A DNA stretch of 64,000 bases, from assembly GCA_963663965.2 (NCBI GenBank), contig CAXXFK010000028.1, forward strand, positions 64,001 to 128,000. The letters run 5' to 3'. The notes beneath the pieces are model-generated. The model was not told where the DNA came from. It ran no database searches and worked only from the letters and a program-made list of their open reading frames with translations. Position 1 is the stretch's first letter, and the number at the start of each line of letters is the position of its first letter. The position numbers and the translations under genes were made by a program. Positions 21,671 through 31,736 of this stretch are shown in pieces. Source of the DNA: Sedimentisphaerales bacterium. GTDB lineage: Bacteria > Planctomycetota > Phycisphaerae > Sedimentisphaerales > SM23-30.

Positions 21671-22438
21671 CTAAACGCTTTTCTTTATTGCTTCCATTTT
21701 ACGATATTGAGCTGGTGATATTCCGATCGTCTTTTTGAACTGACGGGAAAACGCACTTTGGTCGGCATAGCCGCAGTCTAGAGCTATGTTGAGAATAGGG
21801 TTGGTTGTTTCTCGCAGTTGCCAGATAGCTTTTTCGATTCTGGTCTTTTGGATGAACTGACCAGCAGTTAGTTTGAAGATCTTTTGCATACGCTGTTCAA
21901 ACTGATAAGTTGATAAATTAGCCATTTTGGCCAGATCGTCGATCATAAGAGATTTTCGATAGTTCTCTTTGATGTAGTTCACTGCCTGGGCAATGCCGGT
22001 AAAATCCTTGTTCTTATCGGTGTATGGTTCCAGGTCGCGTGATATGCCGTGTATGCCAATGATATTTCCATTTCGGTCGTGTAGTGGCACTTTTGATGTT
22101 ATACACCAGCAAAGGTCTGGTGAGCCTGAAATATGCAGTTCAAGTTGGTTAAGAATAGGGCTGCCATTGGTTAGAAGGGCTTCGTCCTGTTTGCGGTATT
22201 CTTCGCCAAGGGGATTTGGGTAGACCTGGTCAGGTGTTTTCCCTATAACTTCAGATTTGTCAGAGAGGTTTAGTCTGTCTACCATCGTCTGGTTGACTAG
22301 AACATACTGTCCTTCAGAGTCTTTAATAAAATAGACAATGTCCGATAACTGATCGAAAAGGTTTGTGCCGGTAAATGGTTCAGCCAGTTGGTTAAAAAAC
22401 TCTGTTTGGAAGGATTTAATATTCATTTTTTGTCTCAT
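21671..22438 (-). CDS. AraC family regulator with N-terminal PAS domain
   Basis: FIKDSEGQYVLVN...KVPLHDRNGNIIGIHG PAS; IALDCGYADQSAFSRQFKK HTH. Confidence 0.92.
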   Translation of the reverse strand: MRQKMNIKSFQTEFFNQLAEPFTGTNLFDQLSDIVYFIKDSEGQYVLVNQTMVDRLNLSDKSEVIGKTPDQVYPNPLGEEYRKQDEALLTNGSPILNQLELHISGSPDLCWCITSKVPLHDRNGNIIGIHGISRDLEPYTDKNKDFTGIAQAVNYIKENYRKSLMIDDLAKMANLSTYQFEQRMQKIFKLTAGQFIQKTRIEKAIWQLRETTNPILNIALDCGYADQSAFSRQFKKTIGISPAQYRKMEAIKKSV

Positions 22439-22869
22439 TTATCAGTTTTTAGCTGAAAAAACATGCTTAATTCATTAGTTGCAATAGTAACTTTCTGTTT
22501 TGTAATATTTTATATAATAACATTCGGCAGGGTTTTCAATAAAGTTGAGTTTATATTATACAAAGTGAATAATATACCCAGAAAGCTTGTTAATTAACTA
22601 ATTGTACTGCAACTATTTATGTCACTCACTTATGAACTGCCTCATTTGAGCCAAAGACCAGTTCAAGCTGTATGATATTATTTATTTTCTCAGTGGTAGC
22701 AAGCATTTTGTTAGACAATTTTGATAATATTTGATATTCTGATATATTCGTTTGTAATATAATAAGTCGATATGGCTTATTGAATTATTATGTGGTATTT
22801 TACCATTAAATTCAAAATTACGGCGTTTGACGAGAAGTGATATTTATTTTTGAAAAAGCAAGGTAGATT

Positions 22870-23664
22870 ATGAAAATTGGTTTCATTGGATGCGGTAAGA
22901 TAGCTCAAATACTTATCGGCTATTTTGTTGAAAGTGGCATTGTTGACTCAGATCAGATCATATGCTCTGATTTGGATCAAGGTGCTTTAGAAAAAGCTGC
23001 AACTAAGTATGGCATAAATGTTTGTGTCAGTAATAGTGAAGTCTTCGATAAGGCTGAAATAGTTTTTCTGGCTATCAAACCTCAGTCTTTTAGAGAGGCA
23101 GTTTCAGATTGTGCCGATAGAATAAATGAGAAACATATATTGGTTTCTATTATGGCTGGCGTTACATCTGATACTATCAAGTCCATACTGAATGCACCGG
23201 TGATAAGGGTTATGCCGAATATTCCTTGTCAGGTAGGACAGATGGCTGCCGGCTACAGTGTATGTGATGATGTGCCAGGTATCTATGAAATGTTTGTTAA
23301 GCAGCTGCTGAATTGTGCAGGTGTAGCTATAAAAGTACAGGAATCTGAGCTGGATGCCGTTACTGGTGTCAGTGGCTCTGGTCCAGCATTTGTGGCATAT
23401 TTGATAAAAGGTTTTATTGATACAGGTATCAGTCTTGGGCTTGAAAGTGAAAATGCAAAGGCATTGGCTCTACAGACTTTTATTGGTACAGCTAAGCTGC
23501 TCAGAGAGACAGAGCTTTCTCCTGAAGAACTGATAACTATGGTGTCTTCGCCAAATGGTACGACAGTTGCCGGTCGTGAAGTACTGGAAAACAGTGATGT
23601 GAATTCAGTTATTGCCGGCACGATCAAAAGGGCAACAGAACGCAGCCAGGAGCTGTCAAAATAA
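22870..23664 (+). CDS. proC: Pyrroline-5-carboxylate reductase
   Basis: IGFIGCG, LAIKPQ, RVMPN, SGSGPAF, VSSPNGTT. Confidence 0.96.
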   Translation: MKIGFIGCGKIAQILIGYFVESGIVDSDQIICSDLDQGALEKAATKYGINVCVSNSEVFDKAEIVFLAIKPQSFREAVSDCADRINEKHILVSIMAGVTSDTIKSILNAPVIRVMPNIPCQVGQMAAGYSVCDDVPGIYEMFVKQLLNCAGVAIKVQESELDAVTGVSGSGPAFVAYLIKGFIDTGISLGLESENAKALALQTFIGTAKLLRETELSPEELITMVSSPNGTTVAGREVLENSDVNSVIAGTIKRATERSQELSK

Positions 23665-23667
23665 TAT

Positions 23668-24693
23668 ATGGAATTATTCCCGGTAAAATTTAAGCCTGTA
23701 TTTAAGTCAAGATTATGGGGCTCTAACTTATTCAATAATATATTCAATCTGGATATAGTTGAACCAGTTGGAGAGTGTCTTCAGTTTATTGATTGTGATG
23801 ATGCGCAAAGTATCGTTGATGGAGGCAAGTTTAACGGCAAACCGTTAAGGTGGCTTCTGGAAGAATATGGTGAAGGTTTTGGTTTTACCTCTCAGCATTG
23901 TGAAGACAGTTTTGGCTTATTATGCAAATATCTGGATGTTAACGATGTTTTAAGCGTTCAGGTAAGTCCAGACAGTAATGTGTGTGAAAAGTATTCTTTG
24001 CCTGGCTCAAGAGTAGTCTGCTGGTATGTTATAGAAGCAAAGCATGATGCATATATTTATCTTGGGCTGAAAGATGGAGTGCTCCGGGCTGATATGGAAG
24101 AGGCGGTAAGATCAAATACCGTAGCTGAGCTTTTGAATAAGCGTCCGGTAAAGAAAGGCGATTTCTTTTACGTCCCGGCTGGGACGATACATGCTCCGGG
24201 TGCAGGACTCTTAATAGCAGAGATCAGCACATCCAGTACAACCACTTTCAGACTGCATGACTGGGGCAGGGTAGATTCAAAAGGTAAAAAGAGGGAATTG
24301 CATATCGCACGAGCCCTGGACTCAACCTATTTTGAAGACACTGTGATGGCTGACGATATACAGTCATCGTTTATGAACCAGAATCCCCTGGAGTCAATAG
24401 CTGAAATGTTAGGTGATTCAAGGGTGCTGGTAAATTGTCCATACTTTAATGTTTATAAGGTAGAGTCTGGAAGCGGTAAAAAGAAATTCAAGACTGCAAT
24501 TCCTTTGATGATAATACCTGTTTCGGGACGAGTTGTTTTTTATAATGATGAGCGTCCGGATGAGAAAGTTGAGTTGTCATTGGGTATTGCCGGTATGGTA
24601 CCAGAAATGCAGCATGGGGTGGTAGAATATAGCTGTGATTCAGTATTGCTGGTGTGTTGTCCAGGACCAGTAAAAATGGGGTTAAATGACTAG
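23668..24693 (+). CDS. Class I mannose-6-phosphate isomerase-like protein with degenerate metal site
   Basis: Collinear with 12517-13533, but LSVQVSP and RVVCWY replace LSVQVHP and KDECWY. Confidence 0.8.
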   Translation: MELFPVKFKPVFKSRLWGSNLFNNIFNLDIVEPVGECLQFIDCDDAQSIVDGGKFNGKPLRWLLEEYGEGFGFTSQHCEDSFGLLCKYLDVNDVLSVQVSPDSNVCEKYSLPGSRVVCWYVIEAKHDAYIYLGLKDGVLRADMEEAVRSNTVAELLNKRPVKKGDFFYVPAGTIHAPGAGLLIAEISTSSTTTFRLHDWGRVDSKGKKRELHIARALDSTYFEDTVMADDIQSSFMNQNPLESIAEMLGDSRVLVNCPYFNVYKVESGSGKKKFKTAIPLMIIPVSGRVVFYNDERPDEKVELSLGIAGMVPEMQHGVVEYSCDSVLLVCCPGPVKMGLND

Positions 24694-24769
24694 CAGTCAT
24701 TTATTATTTATATTACAAGATTATTTATTAACACATTAACCGTAGCGATTACAGGTTAGGAGAGTAAAC

Positions 24770-25774
24770 ATGGAAAGATTGCAGAAAGTTATGGCTGAAG
24801 CCGGTGTGGCTTCAAGGCGTCATTGTGAAGAAATTATTGCTGAAGGTCGTGTAACCGTTAACGGCAAGCTAATCGAAAAGCTGCCATGTCTGGTAGATAA
24901 GTTCAAAGACAGGATCATTGTAGATGAACGCAAGCTGCGTTTTGATAAAAAGGTCTATTACCTGCTAAATAAGCCTAAAAGGGTAATATGCACCAATCAT
25001 GACCCTGATAATCGCAGAAGAACAGTAGATCTTCTAAACGATGTCAAGGAGCGGGTGTATCCTGTCGGACGGTTAGATGCAGATTCTCAGGGGCTGGTGA
25101 TAATGACAAATGATGGTGAGCTGGCTAATGAGCTTACTCATCCACGTTATGGTGTGCCAAAGACATACATTGCAGAGATAGCAACCTGTATTGAAGCTGA
25201 GGATGTTGAAAAGCTTAAACGAGGTTTCTTTATCTCTAAGGGTGGAAAAGCGTGTATGGATAAGGTAAGAGTTCTTAAAAAGGACAGAAAGTTCTCTCTG
25301 CTTGAGATTACCCTGCGTGAAGGCAGAAACCGTCAGATCCGCCGTATGCTTCAGAGATTGGGACATAATGTAAAAAGGCTTACCAGAGTGTCTTTTGGCC
25401 CGCTAAGTATCAAAGGCTGCGGTGTAGGCAAGCATCGAATGCTTAAGCCGCAGGAAGTTGAACTGCTGAAAGAATCGGTAGAAAAGTATAAGGCTATTGC
25501 AAAGGAAGATGCTAAAAAGAAGCCAAGAAAAGTAGTACGCAAACAAACCGTTAGTACTGCGGAGGAAACGCCAGTTCAAAAACCTGTAGTGAAAAAAGTT
25601 AAAAAGGTTAAAAAAGTATCAGCATCTTCGGGGAAAGTAGTCAAAAAAACTCAGAAGAAAGCTGTTGTCAGTCAAGACAGAGTAGCCAGAAATACAGTTT
25701 ACGGCAAACCAGCTGCTCCAAATGCTCGCGGTAAAAAAGTAGTAAGAGCTAAAGCTGCCAGAAAAAGCAGGTGA
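24770..25774 (+). CDS. rRNA pseudouridine synthase (RsuA/RluB family) with Lys-rich tail
   Basis: S4 domain ERLQK...SRR, YPVGRLDADSQGL, LTHPRY, EGRNRQIRRM. Confidence 0.93.
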   Translation: MERLQKVMAEAGVASRRHCEEIIAEGRVTVNGKLIEKLPCLVDKFKDRIIVDERKLRFDKKVYYLLNKPKRVICTNHDPDNRRRTVDLLNDVKERVYPVGRLDADSQGLVIMTNDGELANELTHPRYGVPKTYIAEIATCIEAEDVEKLKRGFFISKGGKACMDKVRVLKKDRKFSLLEITLREGRNRQIRRMLQRLGHNVKRLTRVSFGPLSIKGCGVGKHRMLKPQEVELLKESVEKYKAIAKEDAKKKPRKVVRKQTVSTAEETPVQKPVVKKVKKVKKVSASSGKVVKKTQKKAVVSQDRVARNTVYGKPAAPNARGKKVVRAKAARKSR

Positions 25775-25999
25775 TATAACAGTTAATAACCGTTATTATG
25801 TGGTTATTGCTTAAACGTGATCGGTATTCTGAAAAGCAAATGATGATATTGCAAAAGGTTACATAAAGAGTGGGTACTTCCACCATGCTGTAATTGGTAT
25901 ATAAATCACTTGCATGTATTTGTAATTCAGGTAAAATAGCCGACATAATAGTATTTAAATCTGGCTCTAAAAGCTTGTGGCTTAACAGGATATAAAGAT

Positions 26000-26929
26000 T
26001 TGGAACTTACTTTAACATTAGATAATCCTTCTCAAAGGGTTAAATTATTTGGTTCTGCTGATTGTAATCTTCGTCTTTTGAGGGATTTATGTGAGGTTAG
26101 TGTAACTGCCAGGCAAGACAGGGTCATGATCTCCGGCGGTAAGGAAGCGGTGCAGAATGCTGCGGCCTTATTCCAGAAAATGCAGGATTTTGCTGATACT
26201 GCAGCTGAGATCGATAAAAGTGATATTGTTCTCATGCTGAAAGATATTGAGTCGGGCGGTTCATCTGAAAAGAGTTCCAGTCGGTTAAATGTTTATCTTT
26301 CCGGTAAATTTGTCGAAGCCAGAACTCGTGGGCAGCGTAAATATATAAAGACTATAGAGGAAAACGATATGGTCTTTTGTTGTGGGCCTGCCGGTACCGG
26401 TAAAACCTATCTCGCAGTCGCTGTTGCTGTGGCAATGCTGAAGCAGGCCAGGATTAGAAGGATTATTTTGGCCCGTCCAGCTGTAGAAGCTGGCGAAAAG
26501 CTGGGCTTCTTACCTGGTGATCTACAGGCAAAGGTTAACCCGTACCTGAGACCGCTTCTGGATGCTCTGAGCGACATGATGGAATATAGTCAGATAAGTC
26601 GTTTCATGCAGAATGATATTATTGAGGTAGTACCACTTGCTTTTATGAGAGGGCGAACTCTTAATGATGCAGTGGTTATTCTTGATGAAGCTCAAAATAC
26701 TACTGTTTCGCAGATGCTAATGTTCCTTACGCGTCTTGGAAATGATTCAAAAATGATCATTACCGGCGATGTTGGGCAAAGTGACCTTGCTGCAAATGAA
26801 AAATCTGGTTTATCTGATGCTTTAATACGGTTAAAAGGTATAAAAGGAATTGGTACTGTTAAACTTTCGGAGTCTGACATTGTCAGGCATAAACTGGTGC
26901 ATAGCATCGTTAGAGCTTATGCAACTTAG
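26000..26929 (+). CDS. phoH: PhoH-like ATPase
   Basis: GPAGTGKT, RPAVEAGEKLGFLPGD, RGRT, ILDEAQN, LTRLG, DIVRH; TTG start. Confidence 0.95.
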   Translation: MELTLTLDNPSQRVKLFGSADCNLRLLRDLCEVSVTARQDRVMISGGKEAVQNAAALFQKMQDFADTAAEIDKSDIVLMLKDIESGGSSEKSSSRLNVYLSGKFVEARTRGQRKYIKTIEENDMVFCCGPAGTGKTYLAVAVAVAMLKQARIRRIILARPAVEAGEKLGFLPGDLQAKVNPYLRPLLDALSDMMEYSQISRFMQNDIIEVVPLAFMRGRTLNDAVVILDEAQNTTVSQMLMFLTRLGNDSKMIITGDVGQSDLAANEKSGLSDALIRLKGIKGIGTVKLSESDIVRHKLVHSIVRAYAT

Positions 26930-27010
26930 TTTCTGGAGGTTTGGTCTGGGTATAGGGGATTGTATTTATTTCATTAAATTGAAATAGATGCCACAGCTAT
27001 AATCAAAAAT

Positions 27011-28533
27011 ATGTTTAATAAAAAAAAGACAAAAAGAGTAGATTCCAGCAAAGTTAAAGAATCACAATGGGCTCAAAAGCGAAGAGACTTTATGGTTTCC
27101 GGAGCTCCGTTCTCGATATTGATGCTGCTTGCCTTTGCATTATTTGTCGCTTGTGTAATGTGCCTTGGCAGTCAGAGCGGCGAAGAAAGAGCATTCTGGC
27201 ATATCCAGTCTTTTGGGCATTTCCTGATCGAATATGTATTAATGCTGATCCTGTCGCTTGGCTTTGCCTTGTATGCCCTGGCTAATCTGCCAAAGCTTAT
27301 GAAATGGCATCTTAAGACATTTCATATACTTATGACCATGCTGGTTATGGTTTTGGCGGTAAGGATAATAGTTTATCAGCAGTGGTCTCCATATCTGATC
27401 TGTGTGCCGGTTATGTTAACTGGTATTACAATGACTATAGCCTATAACCAGAGATTTGCTCTCGGTATAAGCGGCTATCTTATTATGCTGTCAATGCTGG
27501 CTTTGGCAGATAGTATAACAGAGTTTCAGCAGGGTTTAGGTGTATTACTGGCTTGCGGGTGCAGTGTCGGTATTTCTATTATGATGCTGAAGAAGATCCG
27601 GTCATTTACCAAACTGATCGAAGTTTCTGCAATATCTTCTGTAATGGTATTCCTGGTTGTTTTTGTCTTTGGTATGTGGATGCATATTAGCATTAAAGAT
27701 ACCATTATAGACTGTCTATATGCATCTGGCGGAGGGTACTTGCGGTTGGATTCCTTATGCAGGGACTACTGCCTATTATCGAAAAGATATTTAAGACAGC
27801 AACTGATATGAGCCTGCTGTCATATGGAGAGGCGACACAGCCATTATTAAAACGTCTTGCAGTTGAAGCTCCTGGTACATTCAATCATAGCTGGCAGATC
27901 GGTATGCTCTCAGAAGCGGCTGCCGAAGCTATTGGTGCTAATGGTCTGCTATGCAGAGTTGGGCTGTTACTATCACGATGTAGGTAAGCTGAATAAGCCA
28001 AGGTATTTTATCGAGAATCAGCAGGACAGCTTTAACCAGCATAAAGAGCTATCACCTACTATGAGCCGTATGATCATTGTTGGTCATGTTAAGGATGGTA
28101 TGGAACTGCTGGAGCAGTACAAGATACAAAGATACTGAGGCAGTTTTGTGAGTCTCATCATGGTACAACACTGGTACAGTATTTTTATCATGCAGCAACT
28201 CAGAAGAGCTCTGAGACTGGCGAAGTGGTAGAAGAAACAGATTTCAGGTATCCTGGGCCGAAACCACGGACAAAAGAGTCTGCTATCGTTATGCTTGCTG
28301 ATGTGGTTGAAGGTGCTACCAGGGCAATGAAAGACCCTACTCCTAGCAGGATTGAGTCGCTGGTTCATAAAATGGTTATGATACGTCTGCAGGATGATCA
28401 GCTGAACGATTGTGATCTGACAATGAGAGAACTTGGCCAGATAGAGCATTCGCTGGTTAAGAGCTTATGTGCTATGTATCATGGCAGGATCAGCTATCCT
28501 AGCGGCAGTGACGGCGATAAAGATAAGAAATAG
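27011..28533 (+). CDS. 7TM-HDIG (PgpH-like) phosphohydrolase, interrupted by about 3 frameshifts (~27735, ~27902, ~28130)
   Basis: Consecutive fragments give the TM region, EAPGTFNHS, YYHDVGK, YFIENQ, HVKDG, FRYPGPKP, IVMLAD, YHGRISYP; conserved phoH-HD-ybeY order. Confidence 0.85.
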
Positions 28534-28571
28534 TGCATACGTGAAAAGGTGCACAAGTAGAAAATATTGAT

Positions 28572-29036
28572 ATGATTGAAATAACTATTGAGAATACTGT
28601 ACCTGAAGCTATAGAAGCTTTGGATGTGAACAAACTGGAGAAAACCGCCAGATTTGTATTGGAAAAAGAAGGCTTTACTGATGGTCAGCTTTCAATAGTT
28701 ATCGTTGGTGATGAAGAGATCACTACATTGAAAAAGGATTATTTCGACATTGACAGCACTACAGATGTCGTTAGCTTTAATCTTGCCGATGATGACTGCC
28801 CAGATAATGTTATTGATGCCGAGATCGTGATAAACGCTGAACTGGCATTGAGAGAGTCTTCAGAACGCAACACTTCGGCAGAGGCAGAGCTTTTCCTGTA
28901 TGCTGTGCATGGCATTCTCCATCAGGCTGGTTACGATGACCATGAACCGGATGAATATGAGCAAATGCATAAACGTGAAAATGAACTAATGACTGAACTT
29001 GGCTATGGCCAGGTTTTTGGTGATATAGAGATGTGA
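28572..29036 (+). CDS. ybeY: rRNA maturation endoribonuclease YbeY
   Basis: TDVVSF, VHGILHQAGYDDH. Confidence 0.92.
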   Translation: MIEITIENTVPEAIEALDVNKLEKTARFVLEKEGFTDGQLSIVIVGDEEITTLKKDYFDIDSTTDVVSFNLADDDCPDNVIDAEIVINAELALRESSERNTSAEAELFLYAVHGILHQAGYDDHEPDEYEQMHKRENELMTELGYGQVFGDIEM

Positions 29037-29157
29037 TTTGTGTATGCCGAGTACTAATCAGGCATACATTGTCCGGTGATTTGAAAGCTATGGAACGCTG
29101 AAACGGGCAGGCTCAGTTTTGAGTACTATATTGTTTTTTTTGAGAGGTGAAATTTAA

Positions 29158-30456
29158 GTGGATGACCCTGGCAGTTTATACTGGTTGCTAACTGTAATTT
29201 GTGTATTTTTTACAATGTACTGTTCGATTATCAGTAAATCCTTACTTAGGATATCCTGGATCAGGTTAGAGGATGCTTTTGAGAGTAAAGGGCACCCTGA
29301 GAGATTAGAGTATATTCGCAAGAACATGCCTGTTATGCTGGCTGGCAGTAATTTATTGAGAATGCTGTCACTGCTATCTTTTGTTCTATGTGTAATATGG
29401 CGTCAGTTTCAGTTCATATCGCAAGAATATACCCTGGCTCATGCGTTAATGCATTCATTTATTATTTCAGCGATAGTATTGAGTGTCTTTTTTGTTACGA
29501 TCCCCCATATCATTGCTACATATTGGGGTGCTTCAATTCTTGTTAGCAGTTTTTCATTAGTTAAGATTGTCAGTATCGTATTGAGACCGGTTATCTGGCT
29601 GCTTTACTGGGGCGAACCTTTAGTTAGAAAACTAGCTGGAATGGATGATGAAAAGTCTCCAAACAGGATAGAAGAACGTCAGGAAGAGCTGCTGAGTGTT
29701 TTCGAGGAAGGTGAAAAAGAGGGGATCGTAGACGAAGAAGAACGTTATATGATCGAGTCCGTTCTTGAGTTTCGTGCTACAACATCCGGCGAGATCATGA
29801 CGCCGCGTACAGAAATAAAGGGTCTGGATATTTCCATGCCATTTAGTGGTATTGTTGAAAGTGTCCTTGCAGCAGGTCATTCCAGATACCCGGTGTATGA
29901 AGAAAATATTGATAATATTATTGGTATGCTCTATGCGAAAGATCTGCTTCAGTTTTTATGTGAGAACAATAAGCCTGAAGACGTAAAGGATATCCTTCGT
30001 GAGGCTTTCTTTGTCCCTGAAACCAAAACATTGCGTGATCTGCTGCATGACTTCAAGGAAAAGAAAGTGCATGTTGCGGTAGTTCTGGATGAATATGGTG
30101 GTACCGCCGGGCTGGTCAGCTTTGAAGATATACTGGAAGAGCTGGTTGGCGAAATACAGGATGAACATGAGCAGCCGATGGCAGATATGATCCGCCAGGT
30201 GGATGAAAGAACATTCAAGGTTGATGCTCGTACAGAAATATATGACCTGATTGATGAATATGAATTAAAACTGCCGGAAGATGAAGATTATGAAACTCTG
30301 GGTGGTTTTGTTTTCTCTCAGCTGGGGCATATCCCGGTTGTTGGGGAGGCATTCGATTATGCTAATATGCGATTTACTGTGATCGATGCTGAAAAAAGAA
30401 AGATAAATATGTTAAGGATCGAACTCCTTACAGAACAAGATATACAGGAGAGCTAG
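29158..30456 (+). CDS. Hemolysin/CNNM-CBS-CorC family membrane protein
   Basis: TM N-terminus, EIMTPR, HSRYPVY, VLDEYGGTAGLVSFEDILEELVGEIQDE, YETLGGF. Confidence 0.92.
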   Translation: MDDPGSLYWLLTVICVFFTMYCSIISKSLLRISWIRLEDAFESKGHPERLEYIRKNMPVMLAGSNLLRMLSLLSFVLCVIWRQFQFISQEYTLAHALMHSFIISAIVLSVFFVTIPHIIATYWGASILVSSFSLVKIVSIVLRPVIWLLYWGEPLVRKLAGMDDEKSPNRIEERQEELLSVFEEGEKEGIVDEEERYMIESVLEFRATTSGEIMTPRTEIKGLDISMPFSGIVESVLAAGHSRYPVYEENIDNIIGMLYAKDLLQFLCENNKPEDVKDILREAFFVPETKTLRDLLHDFKEKKVHVAVVLDEYGGTAGLVSFEDILEELVGEIQDEHEQPMADMIRQVDERTFKVDARTEIYDLIDEYELKLPEDEDYETLGGFVFSQLGHIPVVGEAFDYANMRFTVIDAEKRKINMLRIELLTEQDIQES

Positions 30457-30459
30457 CGG

Positions 30460-31455
30460 ATGGCAGCTATTGTTGTAACAGGCGGAGCCGGGGTTTATTG
30501 GCAGTGCGATAGTATGGGCTCTGAACCAGAGAGGGCGCCATGATATTATTGTTACCGATGATCTGTGGCATGATGCAGAAACAGAACGGTGGAAAAATCT
30601 TGCCCGTCTGCAGTTTCTGGATTACGTGAACAAGGATGAGTTCTTGCATGAGCTGGAAGATGGTATGTATGATGGCTGCATTGAAGGTATTATCCATATG
30701 GGAGCCTGCAGCAGTACTACAGAAACCAATTGTGGCTATCTGATGGATAATAATTACCTGGACACTAAACGTCTGGCACACTGGTGTCTGGAGCATGATG
30801 CCAGATTTGTTTATGCTTCCAGTGCGGCAACTTATGGTGACGGCACAAAAGGTTTCAGTGATGACCATGATAAGCTGGCGGATTATGTGCCGTTGAATGC
30901 ATATGCTTTTTCTAAATGCAGTTTGATCTGTATGCTAAGCGTATGGATATGCTGGACAATATGGCTGGTGTTAAGTTCTTCAATGTTTTTGGGCCGAATG
31001 AGTATCATAAGGATGATATGAAGAGTGTGGCTGAAAAGGCCTATCATCAGATCAAAAAGACAGGTAAAGTTAAGCTGTTCAGGTCTCATAAAGACGGCTT
31101 TGAAGATGGCGGTCAGCTGCGTGATTTTGTTTATGTTAAGTACGCCGTTGGTGCAGTTCTGGAATTATTCTTTAATAAAGAAGCTAACGGCATATTTAAT
31201 GTCGGTACCGGCAAAGCCAGGAGCTTCAAAGACCTGGTGCTGGCCGTGTATTCGGCATTAGGAGTTAACCCTGAGATTGAATTTATCGATATGCCGATGC
31301 ACTTGAGAGGGAAGTATCAGTACTATACCCAGGCTGAGACTCAGAAGCTGTCTGCTGTATACGGCGACAAGCAGTGGCTGAGTCTGGAAGATGCAGTCAA
31401 AGACTATGTGTGTGAGTATCTGGATAAGGAAGACCCTTACCTGGCCGGCAGATGA
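30460..31455 (+). CDS. hldD: ADP-L-glycero-D-manno-heptose 6-epimerase, two compensating frameshifts (~30491 G-run, ~30915 A-run)
   Basis: MAAIVVTGGAG(F)IGS, HMGACSSTTE, YASSAATYG, PLNAYAFSK, FFNVFGPNEYHK, RDFVYV, YQYYTQA. Confidence 0.9.
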
Positions 31456-31545
31456 ATATAATCGGCTAGGCGGCTGCTGTGCTTGTAATTGTCGCTAAAT
31501 TATAGACTAATGAATGTTTTTGATGTAAAATATTCAGGATTCTTG

Positions 31546-31574
31546 TTGACAATTATTTGTTAAAATGGTATTAA
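31546..31574 (+). promoter_or_regulatory. Sigma70-type promoter of tRNA-Arg
   Basis: TTGACA (31546) - 17 bp - TATTAA (31569), with TG at the extended -10 position. Confidence 0.7.
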
Positions 31575-31618
31575 TACTGGTCTTCCCAAAATGGAAGAGC
31601 GAAAATTTGGATAATGAA

Positions 31619-31692
31619 GCACCCGTAGCTCAGCTGGATAGAGCAACGGATTTCTAATCCGTAGGTCACAGGTTCGAATCCTGTCGGGTGTG
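31619..31692 (+). tRNA. tRNA-Arg (anticodon TCT); CCA not encoded
   Basis: Acceptor GCACCCG/CGGGTGT, D-arm GCTC-AGCTGGATA-GAGC, anticodon arm ACGGA-TTTCTAA-TCCGT, T-arm ACAGG-TTCGAAT-CCTGT. Confidence 0.97.
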
Positions 31693-31698
31693 CTTTAT

Positions 31699-31736
31699 AA
31701 AAGCCTTGTAAGTATGTACTTATGAGGCTTTTTTTT
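31699..31736 (+). terminator. Hairpin + T8 after tRNA (copy 1 of a repeated ~30-bp element)
   Basis: AAAAGCCTTGTAAGT-ATGT-ACTTATGAGGCTTTTTTTT. Confidence 0.8.

Noticed and set aside
25500..25774. KKV-rich repeats in the pseudouridine synthase tail as a DNA repeat element
   Set aside because: Low-complexity basic tails are common in this family; the repeat is at protein level.
27011..31455. HDIG and hldD as true pseudogenes or programmed frameshifts
   Set aside because: Conserved operon genes with intact motifs; the indels look like sequencing errors.
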